A stretch of 36,127 nt of DNA. Source: Octopus bimaculoides (lineage: Eukaryota). Of the stretch, positions 1 through 10,649 are shown in pieces. The number at the start of each line of letters is the position of its first letter. Position 1 is the first letter of the stretch. The stretch lies in the NCBI RefSeq assembly GCF_001194135.2, contig NC_068981.1:70593802-70629928 (forward strand). Reading direction: 5' to 3'. The translations under genes were made by a program, and so were the position numbers. Under the pieces are notes generated by a model, which had not been told where the DNA came from, did not search any database, and saw only the letters and a list, made by a program, of their open reading frames with translations.

Positions 1-311
1 TATCTGTCATTACAGTATCGAAATGTGATTGTTTCAGTTAGTAGAATAGTTTCATTTTTAAAGTGAAAGTATTTTACATGAGTGTTTTTGTTTCACTTTT
101 GACACGTAATAGTTAAATAGTGGAGGAGATATTATGTTGCCGTGGGCTCGAACTTTGCAAGAAGTTAAAAATTGTTTTGGACTAAAACACAACTGGAACC
201 CTAAGTAAGGCATCTGTAAAATTTGAATGAAATTGTTTGCGTAGCTCTCGAGTTTTAGGGTTTCACACAGACAGACAGACAGACACACATTCTCATTTTT
301 ATATATATAGA
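1..311 (-). mobile_element. Helitron-type non-autonomous element, 5' end; runs off the window start
   Basis: Minus strand reads A|TCtatatatataaaaatgagaatgtgtgtctgtctgtctgtctg. This is a TC start after A, followed by a (TCTG)n tract, as is typical of invertebrate Helitron 5' termini. The 3' end is not in the window. Confidence 0.6.
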
Positions 312-313
312 TA

Positions 314-369
314 AGTAGTAGTAGTAGTAGCAGCAGCAGCAGTAGTAGTAGTAGTAGTAATTGTAGTAG
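314..369. repeat. Compound (TAG)n/(CAG)n microsatellite
   Basis: Read directly from the sequence; it produces the poly-Leu of ORF 58..393. Confidence 0.95.
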
Positions 370-1380
370 AATGGGATGAAGACGAGGACTCACGATACCA
401 GTACCTATGGACGATTTTATTTAGTTTAATATGAGCCCTCATAACCGTAAACCTGCGCGTGAAAGCGTTTCACATGACTTATTTTACCAATCCTTTCATA
501 CCTAACGTATATAAAACTACATTAACCAACGTATTCCTATTTTAAGACAATGTAATGAGATTTCGCGCATATTTCTAACAGATTGAGCGGAATGTCTTTT
601 ATAAAATAATTCACAATCATATTTTTGTTTGCTGTGATTTTTTTTTTTTTTTCTAAATTTTCAATTTATGTTTGCTAATATTGCGGCAGTCGTTTCTTTA
701 CGAAGCTGCACTTCTAGCACATTATAACCTAAAATGACTTTCTATTTTGAATGTCCATATTTTATTTGAATTATTCAACTATAATGCAAAATATTTTTAT
801 TTAATTAAATGATTCAAAAATAAATGTAAAGATTATTTTAATTGTTGTCTTCTTCATGCTTAAATATACTTTAAGATTACTGTAAATGTAATAAAATAAA
901 ATTTTATTCACTATGAGTCGATAATTATTTTATAACAATACGGCAAGTATAAGGGATAATTAACAATCATTTTCCCCCACATAATAATTACACTGATTAA
1001 AAAAACACCGAAAATAGCTCTTATTATAAATATTAGATGATTTGTCTCTGTCTGTTATTATATAAACCTTATTTTCATTGATGTCGAGATGCTTTGATTA
1101 ATTATATACCAAGTAGCAATGAAACTTTAATTTACTTGAAATAAGAACACACGTTAATCTCCCAATCCAGTTCGACTTATAAGACAGATAATTATGCTTC
1201 TTTCAGGTTGTCGATATTTTTCCTGTTACAATTTTGGTATTTTTCATAATTCATTTTATTTAATTGCTATATATTATAACAAAGCCGTAGAAATTCTATA
1301 AAATCGTCTATCTTTAGGCTAATGCCTAATTCCAACTATCTTTGGTTTGAAAGTGAAAATTTTCTTTTTACATGTAAAAT
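368..1380 (+). repeat. ~1 kb dispersed direct repeat, copy 1
   Basis: Colinear with 3071..4036 throughout. Shared blocks include agaatgggatgaagac, ttataacctaaaatgactttctattttg and ttcgacttataagacagataat. Roughly 80-85% identity by eye. Confidence 0.92.
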
Positions 1381-1382
1381 AA

Positions 1383-1440
1383 TTTAGATATGAACATTGT
1401 TTCTTGAACTCTTTAGATATGAACATCATTTCTTGAACTC
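1383..1440. repeat. 29-bp tandem duplication
   Basis: tttagatatgaacattgtttcttgaactc is followed by tttagatatgaacatcatttcttgaactc (2 mismatches). Confidence 0.95.
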
Positions 1441-1681
1441 TTTCTCACGTAATATGAAACAGGCCCGAAGAATTAAAATTCATATAATCTAAAGCACTTA
1501 AGAGAGTAAAAGCGGGAATTCTATAAATAGATTGCACACAAACACACACACACGCACACACACTATTAAATTCAAATTTGTTCACTCATTTCTTTACTCG
1601 TCCTTAGTAGCATACATTTATTGCAATAGTCACTATAATTCAATTATGAATAAGATTTAATTTTATCATTATAGTTAAGAT

Positions 1682-1829
1682 GGCGTTGAGCTGCCAGACT
1701 TGTTAGCACACTGGACGAAATAGTTAGCGGTATTTCGCCTGTCGCTACGTTCTGAGATCAAATTCCGCAGAGATCAACTTTGCCTTTCAAATTACTTCCC
1801 TTGTGGGTTCAAATTCCGCCGCGTTCGAC
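1682..1829 (+). mobile_element. tRNA-derived SINE, family A head (octopus OK/OR-type)
   Basis: ggcgttgagctgccagacttgttagcac (A-box like) ... gagatcaaattccgc (B-box like). Homologous to the copies at 19329, 21590 and 30850. The B-box segment is repeated at ~1807. Confidence 0.75.
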
Positions 1830-3070
1830 ATATAATTAATTTGATAATGAGTAAAAATTCGTCTTTGAAATATATTATTAATCTATATGTGCAGAATTAT
1901 ATATAGCGTAATAAAGAGTTTATTGAGTAAGTCTTTAACAATCTTAAATGAGTACTGATGTAATTTAAATGCATGTATACATATATATATGGGAAGGTTT
2001 GCGCATATGTATATATATATATATGGGTATGTATGTATAAGTCTATATGTATATATTCATTTTTACTTATCTTACATATTTGTATGTATACTTATAACTG
2101 TATACAGATACTTACACAGAAACATATGTATATCATATATATATATATATATATATAAGCATTTATATTTGTATTAATTGATCTACTGAAGAATTCAAAG
2201 CATTTCCATTAACCAGAACTGAAGTGTTAGCATATTGAATTATCATAGGAAAAGCAGTTATTACTTCGCTTGAAGATTTTAATGGATAAGATATTGGTTG
2301 TGTATAGAAACATGATTTTGGCGAAATATAATTTTTAAAAAAATTGTAACTATCCAGTCATGTAAGGATCTACTTTCCATTAGACTAACCGTTACCACAC
2401 AATAAATTTCTCTTTTATTCTTCTTGTGGTAACATGTTTATTATTATCTCATGCGAAACTGTCACATGCAAAGACGTGAAAGATATATGATTTTAATAGA
2501 TCCACAGGAATATTGGTTGTAAGAGTAAGAATTCCCTGCCGAATGACTGCGCAATAATGTTTATCAATAGTCAATTGTGTGTAACCTACTTTGAATGTGT
2601 CGCTTAGTGCGAGTTGCACCCCAACAACCAAAGTAAGGCTAGTTTTACTAGAATAGATGTGTTATTGCATTACTTTAAAGCAAGTTTTTTTCCTCAATAA
2701 CCAGCATAAATATAATCATTATAATTGACTGTAACTATTTAGAGTCTTAGACTCTATTTGTTTAAAATTTCGGTATGTAGTTATCAGAATTAGGATTTAT
2801 TCAGGCTTAGGATAATAGTCGTAACTGACCTCTTAATCCTGGATATGCACAATGCTCCATTCAATATTTTCCTCGCAAGACATTACGTGATGAGAGAATG
2901 GCGAACTGCTATAATGTTTGTGTAAACGAAGTCACAATACAGCCATTGAAAGATTTGAACTCTCGCTAATCAAATTCAGCTATGCATTTCCGTTTCGCAT
3001 TTGTGGCTATATCACCGATTTATGGTGGAGTAAGAAAGAAACATTTATTATAACTAGTAGTAGTAGTTGA

Positions 3071-4036
3071 AGAATGGGATGAAGACAAGGAGTCATGATA
3101 CCAGTACATGTGGAGGATTTTGTTTAGTTTAATGCGGGGCGTCGTAACGCTAATCTTTCATACCTAATGTATCTAAAAGTACATTAACTAACTTATCCTT
3201 CCACTTTTAAGACAATGTAATGAGGGATTTCGCCCATATTTCTAGCAGATTGAGCGGAATGTCTCTTACAAAATAATACAGGATATTTTTTTTTGTTTTT
3301 TGTAAATTTTAAAATTAAGTTAGCTTATATTGCGGCATTCACTTCTTCACGAAGCTGCACTTTTATCACATTATAACCTAAAATGACTTTCTATTTTGGA
3401 TGTCCATTTTTTATTTGAATTATTCAACTATAATGTAAAATATTTTTATTTGATTAAATAATTCAAAAATAAATGTAAAGACTATTTTAAGATTTTTCTT
3501 CTGCATATTTGAATATGCTTTAAGATTACTGTAAATGCAACAAAAAAACCTTTATTAACTATATGAGTCGATAATTATTTTATAACAATATAGCAAGTAA
3601 AACGGAAACTTAACAACTATTTTCCCCAAAGTCCTAATTACTCTGGTTTAAAAAAACACCGAAAATAGCTCTCATCATTAATATTAGTTGATTTGTCTCT
3701 GTCTGTTATTATATAAACCTTATTTCATTGATGCCGAGATGCTTTGATTTGCCAAATAGCATTAAAACTTTAATTTACTTGAAATAAGAACACAAGTTAA
3801 TCTCCCAATCCAATTCGACTTATAAGACAGATAATAATGCGTCTTTCAGGTAATCGATATTTTGTCGATATTTTTCTTGTTATAATTTTGCCATTTTTTA
3901 TAATTCAGTTTATTTAAATCTATATATTATAACAGAGTAGTAGAAATTCTATGAAATCTTTTCTTATTTTTAGGTTAACGCCTATTTGAAACCATTTTTG
4001 GTTTGAAATTAAAACTTTTCTTTTTACTTCTAAAAT
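3071..4036 (+). repeat. ~1 kb dispersed direct repeat, copy 2
   Basis: Colinear with 368..1380 at an offset of ~2.7 kb, and also preceded by a short (TAG)n run. Confidence 0.92.
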
Positions 4037-4886
4037 AGCAGCACCTGTTTGAAGATACACAAACATCATTATCAAAGGACACCCATCCCGATCATCGTGC
4101 ATATCTGTTCCGAACTTGCAAGTACCTTCGCTGTGTCCACCTGAAAATTTATCGGTCAAAGCGACGTTTCTATTGATCACCTGCCAATATTATCTCACGA
4201 AAGTGGCTATTAATAATTGGGCAACGTTGACACAGAGGTCCTTGACAGTGAAGGTCCTGTTGCTTCTACGCAAGTTCTGCATAAGCAGTTTAAAGACTGG
4301 TGGGTGAATGCAATTTGACTTACTTTTCTTACGTTCATTATTTTGCACATGTATACCATACAACGTCCGTCTCATAATAAAAGAGATTTCCCATAATGTA
4401 TTTGCAAATATTGTCTCCAAATCTCCTTTGAATTGAAGTAGTATAGCCACACTGGTCTTTTGACATTTTCATCTCGCATGCCTCAATAACAGATTGCGTC
4501 TCTCTTATGAACAAGTATGGCATCAATCTTGTGAGTAAAACAGCCAAGTCTAAAGTTTTTCAACTAAATGTTCTATATTTATGATTTTCTTGAACAGAAG
4601 ACGATTTGAAAACGATTGCCTTATCTTTTAGATTTTGCCATGTTTTATTTGATAAAATAGGTACGAGTATGCTCCTTTTATTGCTGTTGCTAATATTTTG
4701 ATACTTGCGTTATTGTTCTTGTTGGTGCCAAACGTCAGTCATGCAATATGTTCTTGTAGAAATGTCATTACTTCTTCCATTTATTTTTTCTGTATTTATT
4801 GATATTAGTGTATGTATTANNNNNNNNNNTATATATATATATACTAAATATATGCATATACATATACATGCACACAGATATATGCA

Positions 4887-4919
<33 letters not shown>

Positions 4920-5650
4920 GCATGCATGCATGTATGTATGCATATATCTATAATACAAATCCCGTTCTGACTGTGTGTACGCGTGTGTAAAAGATTATAA
5001 CGGCCGTATTTTTAAACTAATTCTCTCCAAACTGGGAACATACATTACTTATACTCCAGGGATGTACTCGTAAATTGTTCACATAATGAGTAACGGGCCC
5101 CTTGGGGGCAGAAAATACCCGTTCCTGGGTTACGTGGATAAGGGAGGTAACTCTTTGTGAAGTAACTTTCAGAAATTGATTGTCTCTTTTACATTTATTG
5201 GTCATAGAGAAAATAAAAAATATTGCTCTTTATATTAGATTCACGTGTTTGAAATGTTTTTAAATATTTACTTTTAGTTTTCTAGATTCAATGTCGCCTA
5301 TATCCCTTTAGCTATATCACTCTATATCTTTCTAGCTATATCTCTCTATTTATCTTTATCTTTCTAGCTATATCTCTCTATTTATCTTTATCTTTCTATA
5401 TCTATCTATATCTTTCTATCCATCTTTATATCTATCTATATTTCTGTATCTATCTGTCTATATTCATTTTATGTGTCTAACTAGCTACCTCTCTCTGTCC
5501 CTCTCTCCCTATATTTCACTCTATTGTTTTTCACTTTCATTTCTCAGATGCTATTGTTTTCACTTTAAGTTCAATCGCCATTGTTTTCACGGTAAGTGTT
5601 TTCAATTACTATTTACAAACAAGGAGAAATACTGACAGAAAAAAGTTCTC

Positions 5651-5925
5651 AATTACTGATGAAAGTAATTTCATACATAATTTACAGACATAAGTAACTT
5701 CACAAATTTCACTTCAATCCGTACCCTTCGTTAAATTTGCCTACAAAGTTCTTATTTACTTTTGTAGCGCTTTTGTTTTTTCTGGCGGAATTACTAGGAA
5801 AAGTAAGTTTATAATTTATTGACAGAAGTAACTTCAATAATTTCACTTAAATCCGTACATTTAGTTCATTTTCCTAACAATTTCTGATTTACCTTTGCAA
5901 CCGTTTTGTGTTTTTCTGTTGTTAA
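5651..5925. repeat. ~138-bp diverged tandem duplication inside the Helitron
   Basis: Units start at 5651 and 5789 (aattact...aagtaacttca...atttcactt.aatccgtac...tttgt.ttttctg). Confidence 0.8.
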
Positions 5926-6211
5926 CAGCTTCTTTTTTTTTTTTTNNNNNNNNNNNNNNNNNNNNNNNNNNNNNNNNNNNNNNNNNNNNNNNNNNNNNNN
6001 NNNNNNNNNNNNNNNNNNNNNNNNNNNNNNNNNNNNNNNNNNNNNNNNNNNNNNNNNNNNNNNNACTTCAACCCGTACAATTCTTTATTTTCTGTAAAAC
6101 TTTCTTGTTTAATTTCTGTCCGTTGTATTAAGAAATATAATTTACGTTACCTAGTTATTTTCATTGTTTACTATCTTCTGCACCCGTGTATTTCTGTATA
6201 CCTATAAAACC

Positions 6212-6830
6212 ATGCCCATAAAGAAAGTGTCAAATTTGTCTACAATGTCAAAGTCAGCCAAAAGAATGTCTCTGTCCAGGGAAATAGAGACAGCTGCAGA
6301 AAGGAAAGCATACCAAAAAACTAACAGACTGTGCAATATAAGCCAGAGTATCTCTAAGTGATAAACATATGTAGGCACGGCTGACAAGGAATAGGATCTC
6401 TAGTGCAGAACGAAGAGCAGTTACAACAGATCAGATAAGCAAATTCTATGAAGCAGCTTTCAAATATGATCCAGCAATTCATTATTCTGGTGACACTAGT
6501 TACAATTGGTACAATGACAACTGAGTTCATCCATTGTAAAGCAAGGAAGTGGCCTGGAGAGATACCTGCACAGTGCTGCAGTGGTGGAAAGTTTGAACTC
6601 CTTACAATCCCTCAGCCTCTAGAGACATTGAAGAAATTGTTATCATCAACTGATCAAGATTCCAAGCACTTCCAAAACAAAATTAGAAAATACAGCGCTG
6701 CACTACAGATGACATCATTTGGAGCCACACGAGATTCATGCAAACTTTCAAGATCCAAGGTCAAATTTATCATTAGATTGGCTCCCAACTACATCTGTTA
6801 AATGAATCACCAAGATCGATGTTTCATTGT
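6212..6830 (+). pseudogene. Helitron RepHel N-terminal region, frameshifted
   Basis: HCKARKWPGEIPAQCCSGGKFELLTIPQPLETLKKLLSSTDQDSKHFQNKIRKYSAALQMTSFGA, then after a frameshift RFMQTFKIQGQIYH*IGS. This matches the conserved Helitron motif series C..C.A.KW..E....CC..GK / SKHF...IRKYN..FQMTSFG / F.PTFKIQGQ.YH.IGSL. Confidence 0.9.
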
Positions 6831-7567
6831 TTATAATCTGTACCTGTTTTTGGTTACGAAATAAGCTACACAAAACGTGTTTTGAATTACGTGTGTTTAC
6901 TTTATATACATATATGAGTTGAAAACTTTCTTTTAACATTTCACTGTATGTCTATGTCCCATGCTGACATGGGCTGGAGAGTTATTAATGTAGAAAGTTT
7001 GTATCTCAGCTACTAGCATTAAAAGCTTGCGTAATCTAGACGTAATGTAGTATATATATATATATATATNNNNNNNNNNNNNNNNNNNNNNNNNNNNNNN
7101 NNNNNNNNNNNNNNNNNNNNNNNNNNNNNNNNNNNNNNNNNNNNNNNNNNNNNNNNNNNNNNNNNNNNNNNNNNNNNNNNNNNNNNNNNNNNNNNNNNNN
7201 NNNNNNNNNNNNNNNNNNNNNNNNNNNNNNNNNNNNNNNNNNNNNNNNNNNNNNNNNNNNNNNNNNNNNNNNNNNNNNNNNNNNNNNNNNNNNNNNNNNN
7301 NNNNNNNNNNNNNNNNNNNNNNNNNNNNNNNNNNNNNNNNNNNNNNNNNNNNNNNNNNNNNNNNNNNNNNNNNNNNNNNNNNNNNNNNNNNNNNNNNNNN
7401 NNNNNNNNNNNNNNNNNNNNNNNNNNNNNNNNNNNNNNNNNNNNNNNNNNNNNNNNNNNNNNNNNNNNNNNNNNNNNNNNNNNNNNNNNNNNNNNNNNNN
7501 NNNNNNNNNNNNNNNNNNNNNNNNNNNNNNNNNNNNNNNNNNNNNNNNNNNNNNNNNNNNNNNNNNG

Positions 7568-8424
7568 ACACCAGATTTTGTATCCGAATCTTATAGGTTC
7601 ATTGCGAATTGATTGCTTGCAGCTACGCTTGCCAAAATATTCCACCATTGTTTCATCATGTGATATACTTGGTGCTGGAAGAAAATGTCCCATAAATTTC
7701 TTTTCTAAATGACATATGAACGGTCACAGTTTTGAAAATTTATCACTTTTATTGATGTCATCTGCTGTATTGAAGTGAAGACAATACATTAAACCGGTCG
7801 CGTCTCATAGCATTACTTATAGCTTCATTGATCGTAACCGATGTATGTGACGAAAACATATGGCGACGAGGTAATTGATTATATCCTGAAACTATGAGAA
7901 TTGCAAGGAACACTTTGAATTCAAGGATATATTTATATCAGTCCAGATCTTTATCAAGCAGTATTTTGTCACTTCTTTCATTGGGTGCTTAATTATATCA
8001 ACGTCATAGGATAGCTCGAATAATTCCATTTCACTAAAATCCCTGTATTTTGAATAGTTACACTCAGAAAAAATGGAGGGCATCACTTGTGTTTCGGACT
8101 TTTTCCAATTTGCCATTTTTTTCTCTTGTTTCCCGCACCTGAAGCTTGTCCATTATCAGCAGAACTTACATTCTGCGTCACTTCGTTATGTTTCGTCTTC
8201 ATACTTCGTGACTGCAATTCTTCTGGGGCGCGACGTTGGTTGCCTGAGTGATGATGAGTGTGTTGAACGGTTCCTGATTCATCTTCTTTCCCCGAATACT
8301 CATCTATCAGGTCAGTAACCTCCGAGGATTCAATGAAAATATCATATGGGCCGTCATCTTCCTCTTCAAGAATACTCAAAATTTCATTCAAAGACAGATC
8401 CCGTTTCCAGAAAAAAATGCACAA
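7568..8424 (-). pseudogene. piggyBac transposase relic (PGBD2/PGBD3-like), N-terminal half, cut by an assembly gap
   Basis: Acidic N-terminus (LSLNEILSILEEEDD), then WKK..., FKVFLAILIVSGYNQLPRRHMF...AMRRDRF, and [34 protein letters not shown], which contains the first catalytic Asp motif. Multiple stops and frameshifts. Confidence 0.9.
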
Positions 8425-8519
8425 TTGTAAAAAACTAGAAATTTTATCACTCGAAAAGCAGTATGACCCTCTCGCACTCCGCCAAGCAGATTGACCCTCT
8501 CACACCTCCACAGTTTGGT

Positions 8520-8697
8520 TTACACTAGATCACCTCCAAAATCTAATCATGTGTTCCATGTCCCACTTTGAACATTTCCTGAAAATTTCATCAAAATCCA
8601 TCCATATTTTTTAGAATTATAGCGCTAACAAACAGACAGACAGTCAGACGGACGAACCAACGCCTGCAAAAAAGATAAAATCCTTGGTGGAGGTAAT
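8520..8697 (-). mobile_element. HINE/Helentron-like non-autonomous element fragment
   Basis: Minus strand starts attacctccaccaagga, a decayed acctcc-gccaa-ggaggt palindrome. Then a (TCTG)n tract and the ggattttgatgaaattttcaggaaatgttc...gattagattttgg.ggtgatc body typical of this element class. Confidence 0.6.
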
Positions 8698-9309
8698 AAT
8701 ACGTATAGTAAAAGGAAACTATGCTTCCATTGTTGAAAGCCCATGTTCCAAGAGAAAACTCCCAAAAATATAGGAAATAACAGACGTTGTACTGTTCATT
8801 TCCTAGCGGTGCCATACGGCACTCTAAAATAATTCAACAAGACAAACATCACTGCTGTAGATCTTATGGATTATTTTCATTTGTTCCTACCTCTAGTCAA
8901 GTATTTAGATATTATTCTAATAAAATATTTTGACCATATTCCTGAATGAGCAAACAAATAGTAACTCACCTATTTAGAGAAGTCATCTCTGCAGAGGATG
9001 TTCTTCACATTAGCTGACAAACAGACATGCTCACTCTCTCAAGGTCACACAGCTTCTAAACTCTTACATCAAAACATTGAGGCAAGAACAATTCCTAACA
9101 TGTTCAATATATGTTCCATGGAAATTACTGATCCTGTCGTTGTTCAAGTCTTTTTATACCCAACTTTCGCGGGTATTCATACAAACGAATATCCTGCTAT
9201 ATACCTTTTATACATACAATACTCACACACATGTACAATTATGCAAGTAGCTAATGCTTATATACCGGGCTGAGTGCATATATGCCCATATACGTATACG
9301 TAAGTACAT

Positions 9310-9520
9310 ATATACATCATAATAATTATTAAAAAATGATAAAAATTTATAGAAAGTAAAGAATATAGAAATTATAAACAATAATATGAAATTATTAAAA
9401 AAATATTAAAATTATTTTTAAAATTATAAAAATTATAAAAGAATTATTAAAAAAATTATAAGAATTATTTTAAAAATGTAAAAAATATAAACATTATAAA
9501 GAATTATGAAAAATTAGTAT
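9310..9520. repeat. AT-rich low-complexity (AAAATTAT)-like degenerate minisatellite
   Basis: Repeated aaaattat/aagaattat units read directly. Confidence 0.8.
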
Positions 9521-9779
9521 ATATGATTAGTGGATAGTATAACATGACACTTAGGTATTTATTATATATGCACATATATACATCCATTCATACCTGCATA
9601 TATATCTGCTTATTTAACATGTATACATAAATATATGTATATACAAAATGCACACTTACAAGGGGAAATATAAAGACACTAAAGTAAGTGCATATATATA
9701 TGGGTAATAATGTAGATGAATACTTACATACTTTTATACAAATGTACGCACGTGCACAAAAATATTATATATATAAATA

Positions 9780-9954
9780 TAGGTGCAAGAGTGGCTGTGT
9801 GGTAAGTAGCTTGCTTACCAACCACATAGTTCCTGGTTCAGTCCCACTGCGTGGCACTTTGGGCAAGTGTCTTCTACTATAGCCTGGGGTCGACCAAAGC
9901 CTTTTGAGTGGATTCGGTAGACGGAAACTGAAAGAAGCCCGTTGTGTATATATA
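9780..9954 (+). mobile_element. tRNA-derived SINE, family B head, running into its internal (TA)n tract and a gap
   Basis: ggtgcaagagtggctgtgtggtaag (A box) ... ggttcagtccc (B box) ... gggcaagtgtcttctactatagcc ... gacggaaactgaaagaagccc. Homologous to the minus-strand copy at 13750-13894. Confidence 0.85.
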
Positions 9955-10649
9955 NNNNNNNNNNNNNNNNNNNNNNNNNNNNNNNNNNNNNNNNNNNNNN
10001 NNNNNNNNNNNNNNNNNNNNNNNNNNNNNNNNNNNNNNNNNNNNNNNNNNNNNNNNNNNNNNNNNNNNNNNNNNNNNNNNNNNNNNNNNNNNNNNNNNNN
10101 NNNNNNNNNNNNNNNNNNNNNNNNNNNNNNNNNNNNNNNNNNNNNNNNNNNNNNNNNNNNNNNNNNNNNNNNNNNNNNNNNNNNNNNNNNNNNNNNNNNN
10201 NNNNNNNNNNNATATATATACACATATATACATATGTATGCATACATACATATGCATACACACATATACACACATACACATACACATACATATACATACG
10301 CAATAACAATACCGTACATACATAAACATAAAAGCACATGCATGCCAATACTTATATACTCATACATACACAGAACTATATACATATTTAAATACATACA
10401 CATATTGACATACACACACTTGCAACAAGATACTAAAGTAAGCATAACGACATACATTGCCACATATACACACATATCCATATATTTACACACACGTATG
10501 TCTATACATACAAACATGCCCATCATTATGAACACTATTGAATAATATTAAATAATGTTTTTATTATCAAATAATATTATGAAATAATATTATTATTATT
10601 ATATTATTTTAGGCTAATAATGAGATATTTAGTGTGATATTAAATAATA

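Larger units (their letters stand above)
4947..6870 (+). mobile_element. Decayed Helitron: 5' terminus, internal minisatellite and RepHel N-terminal relic; 3' end uncertain
   Basis: A|TCtataatacaaatcccgttctgactgtgtgt start inside a (TA)n tract. Followed by a low-complexity (TATC)-like tract at ~5310-5470, a 138-bp tandem duplication and a RepHel-like translation downstream. Confidence 0.65.

Noticed and set aside
2433-2468. catgt...CGAAAC-T-GTC-acatg, hammerhead-like helix I and helix III
   Set aside because: No CUGANGA box (ttattat instead) and no helix II.
4447-4530. Plus-strand PHWSFDIFISHASITD... between AG and GTGAGT, resembling the TIR-domain FDVFISH motif
   Set aside because: Only a short motif matches, the following helix pattern is poor and the acceptor lacks a pyrimidine tract. 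A minus-strand TE origin is at least as likely.
6958-6973. cccatg-ctga-catggg hairpin as the Helitron 3' terminator
   Set aside because: It lies ~75 nt from the nearest plausible end; the canonical hairpin is ~10-12 nt upstream of CTRR.
8964-9014. Strong minus-strand donor AG|GTGAGT with a 44-nt candidate exon
   Set aside because: All frames hit a stop within or at the end of the exon; no supporting context.
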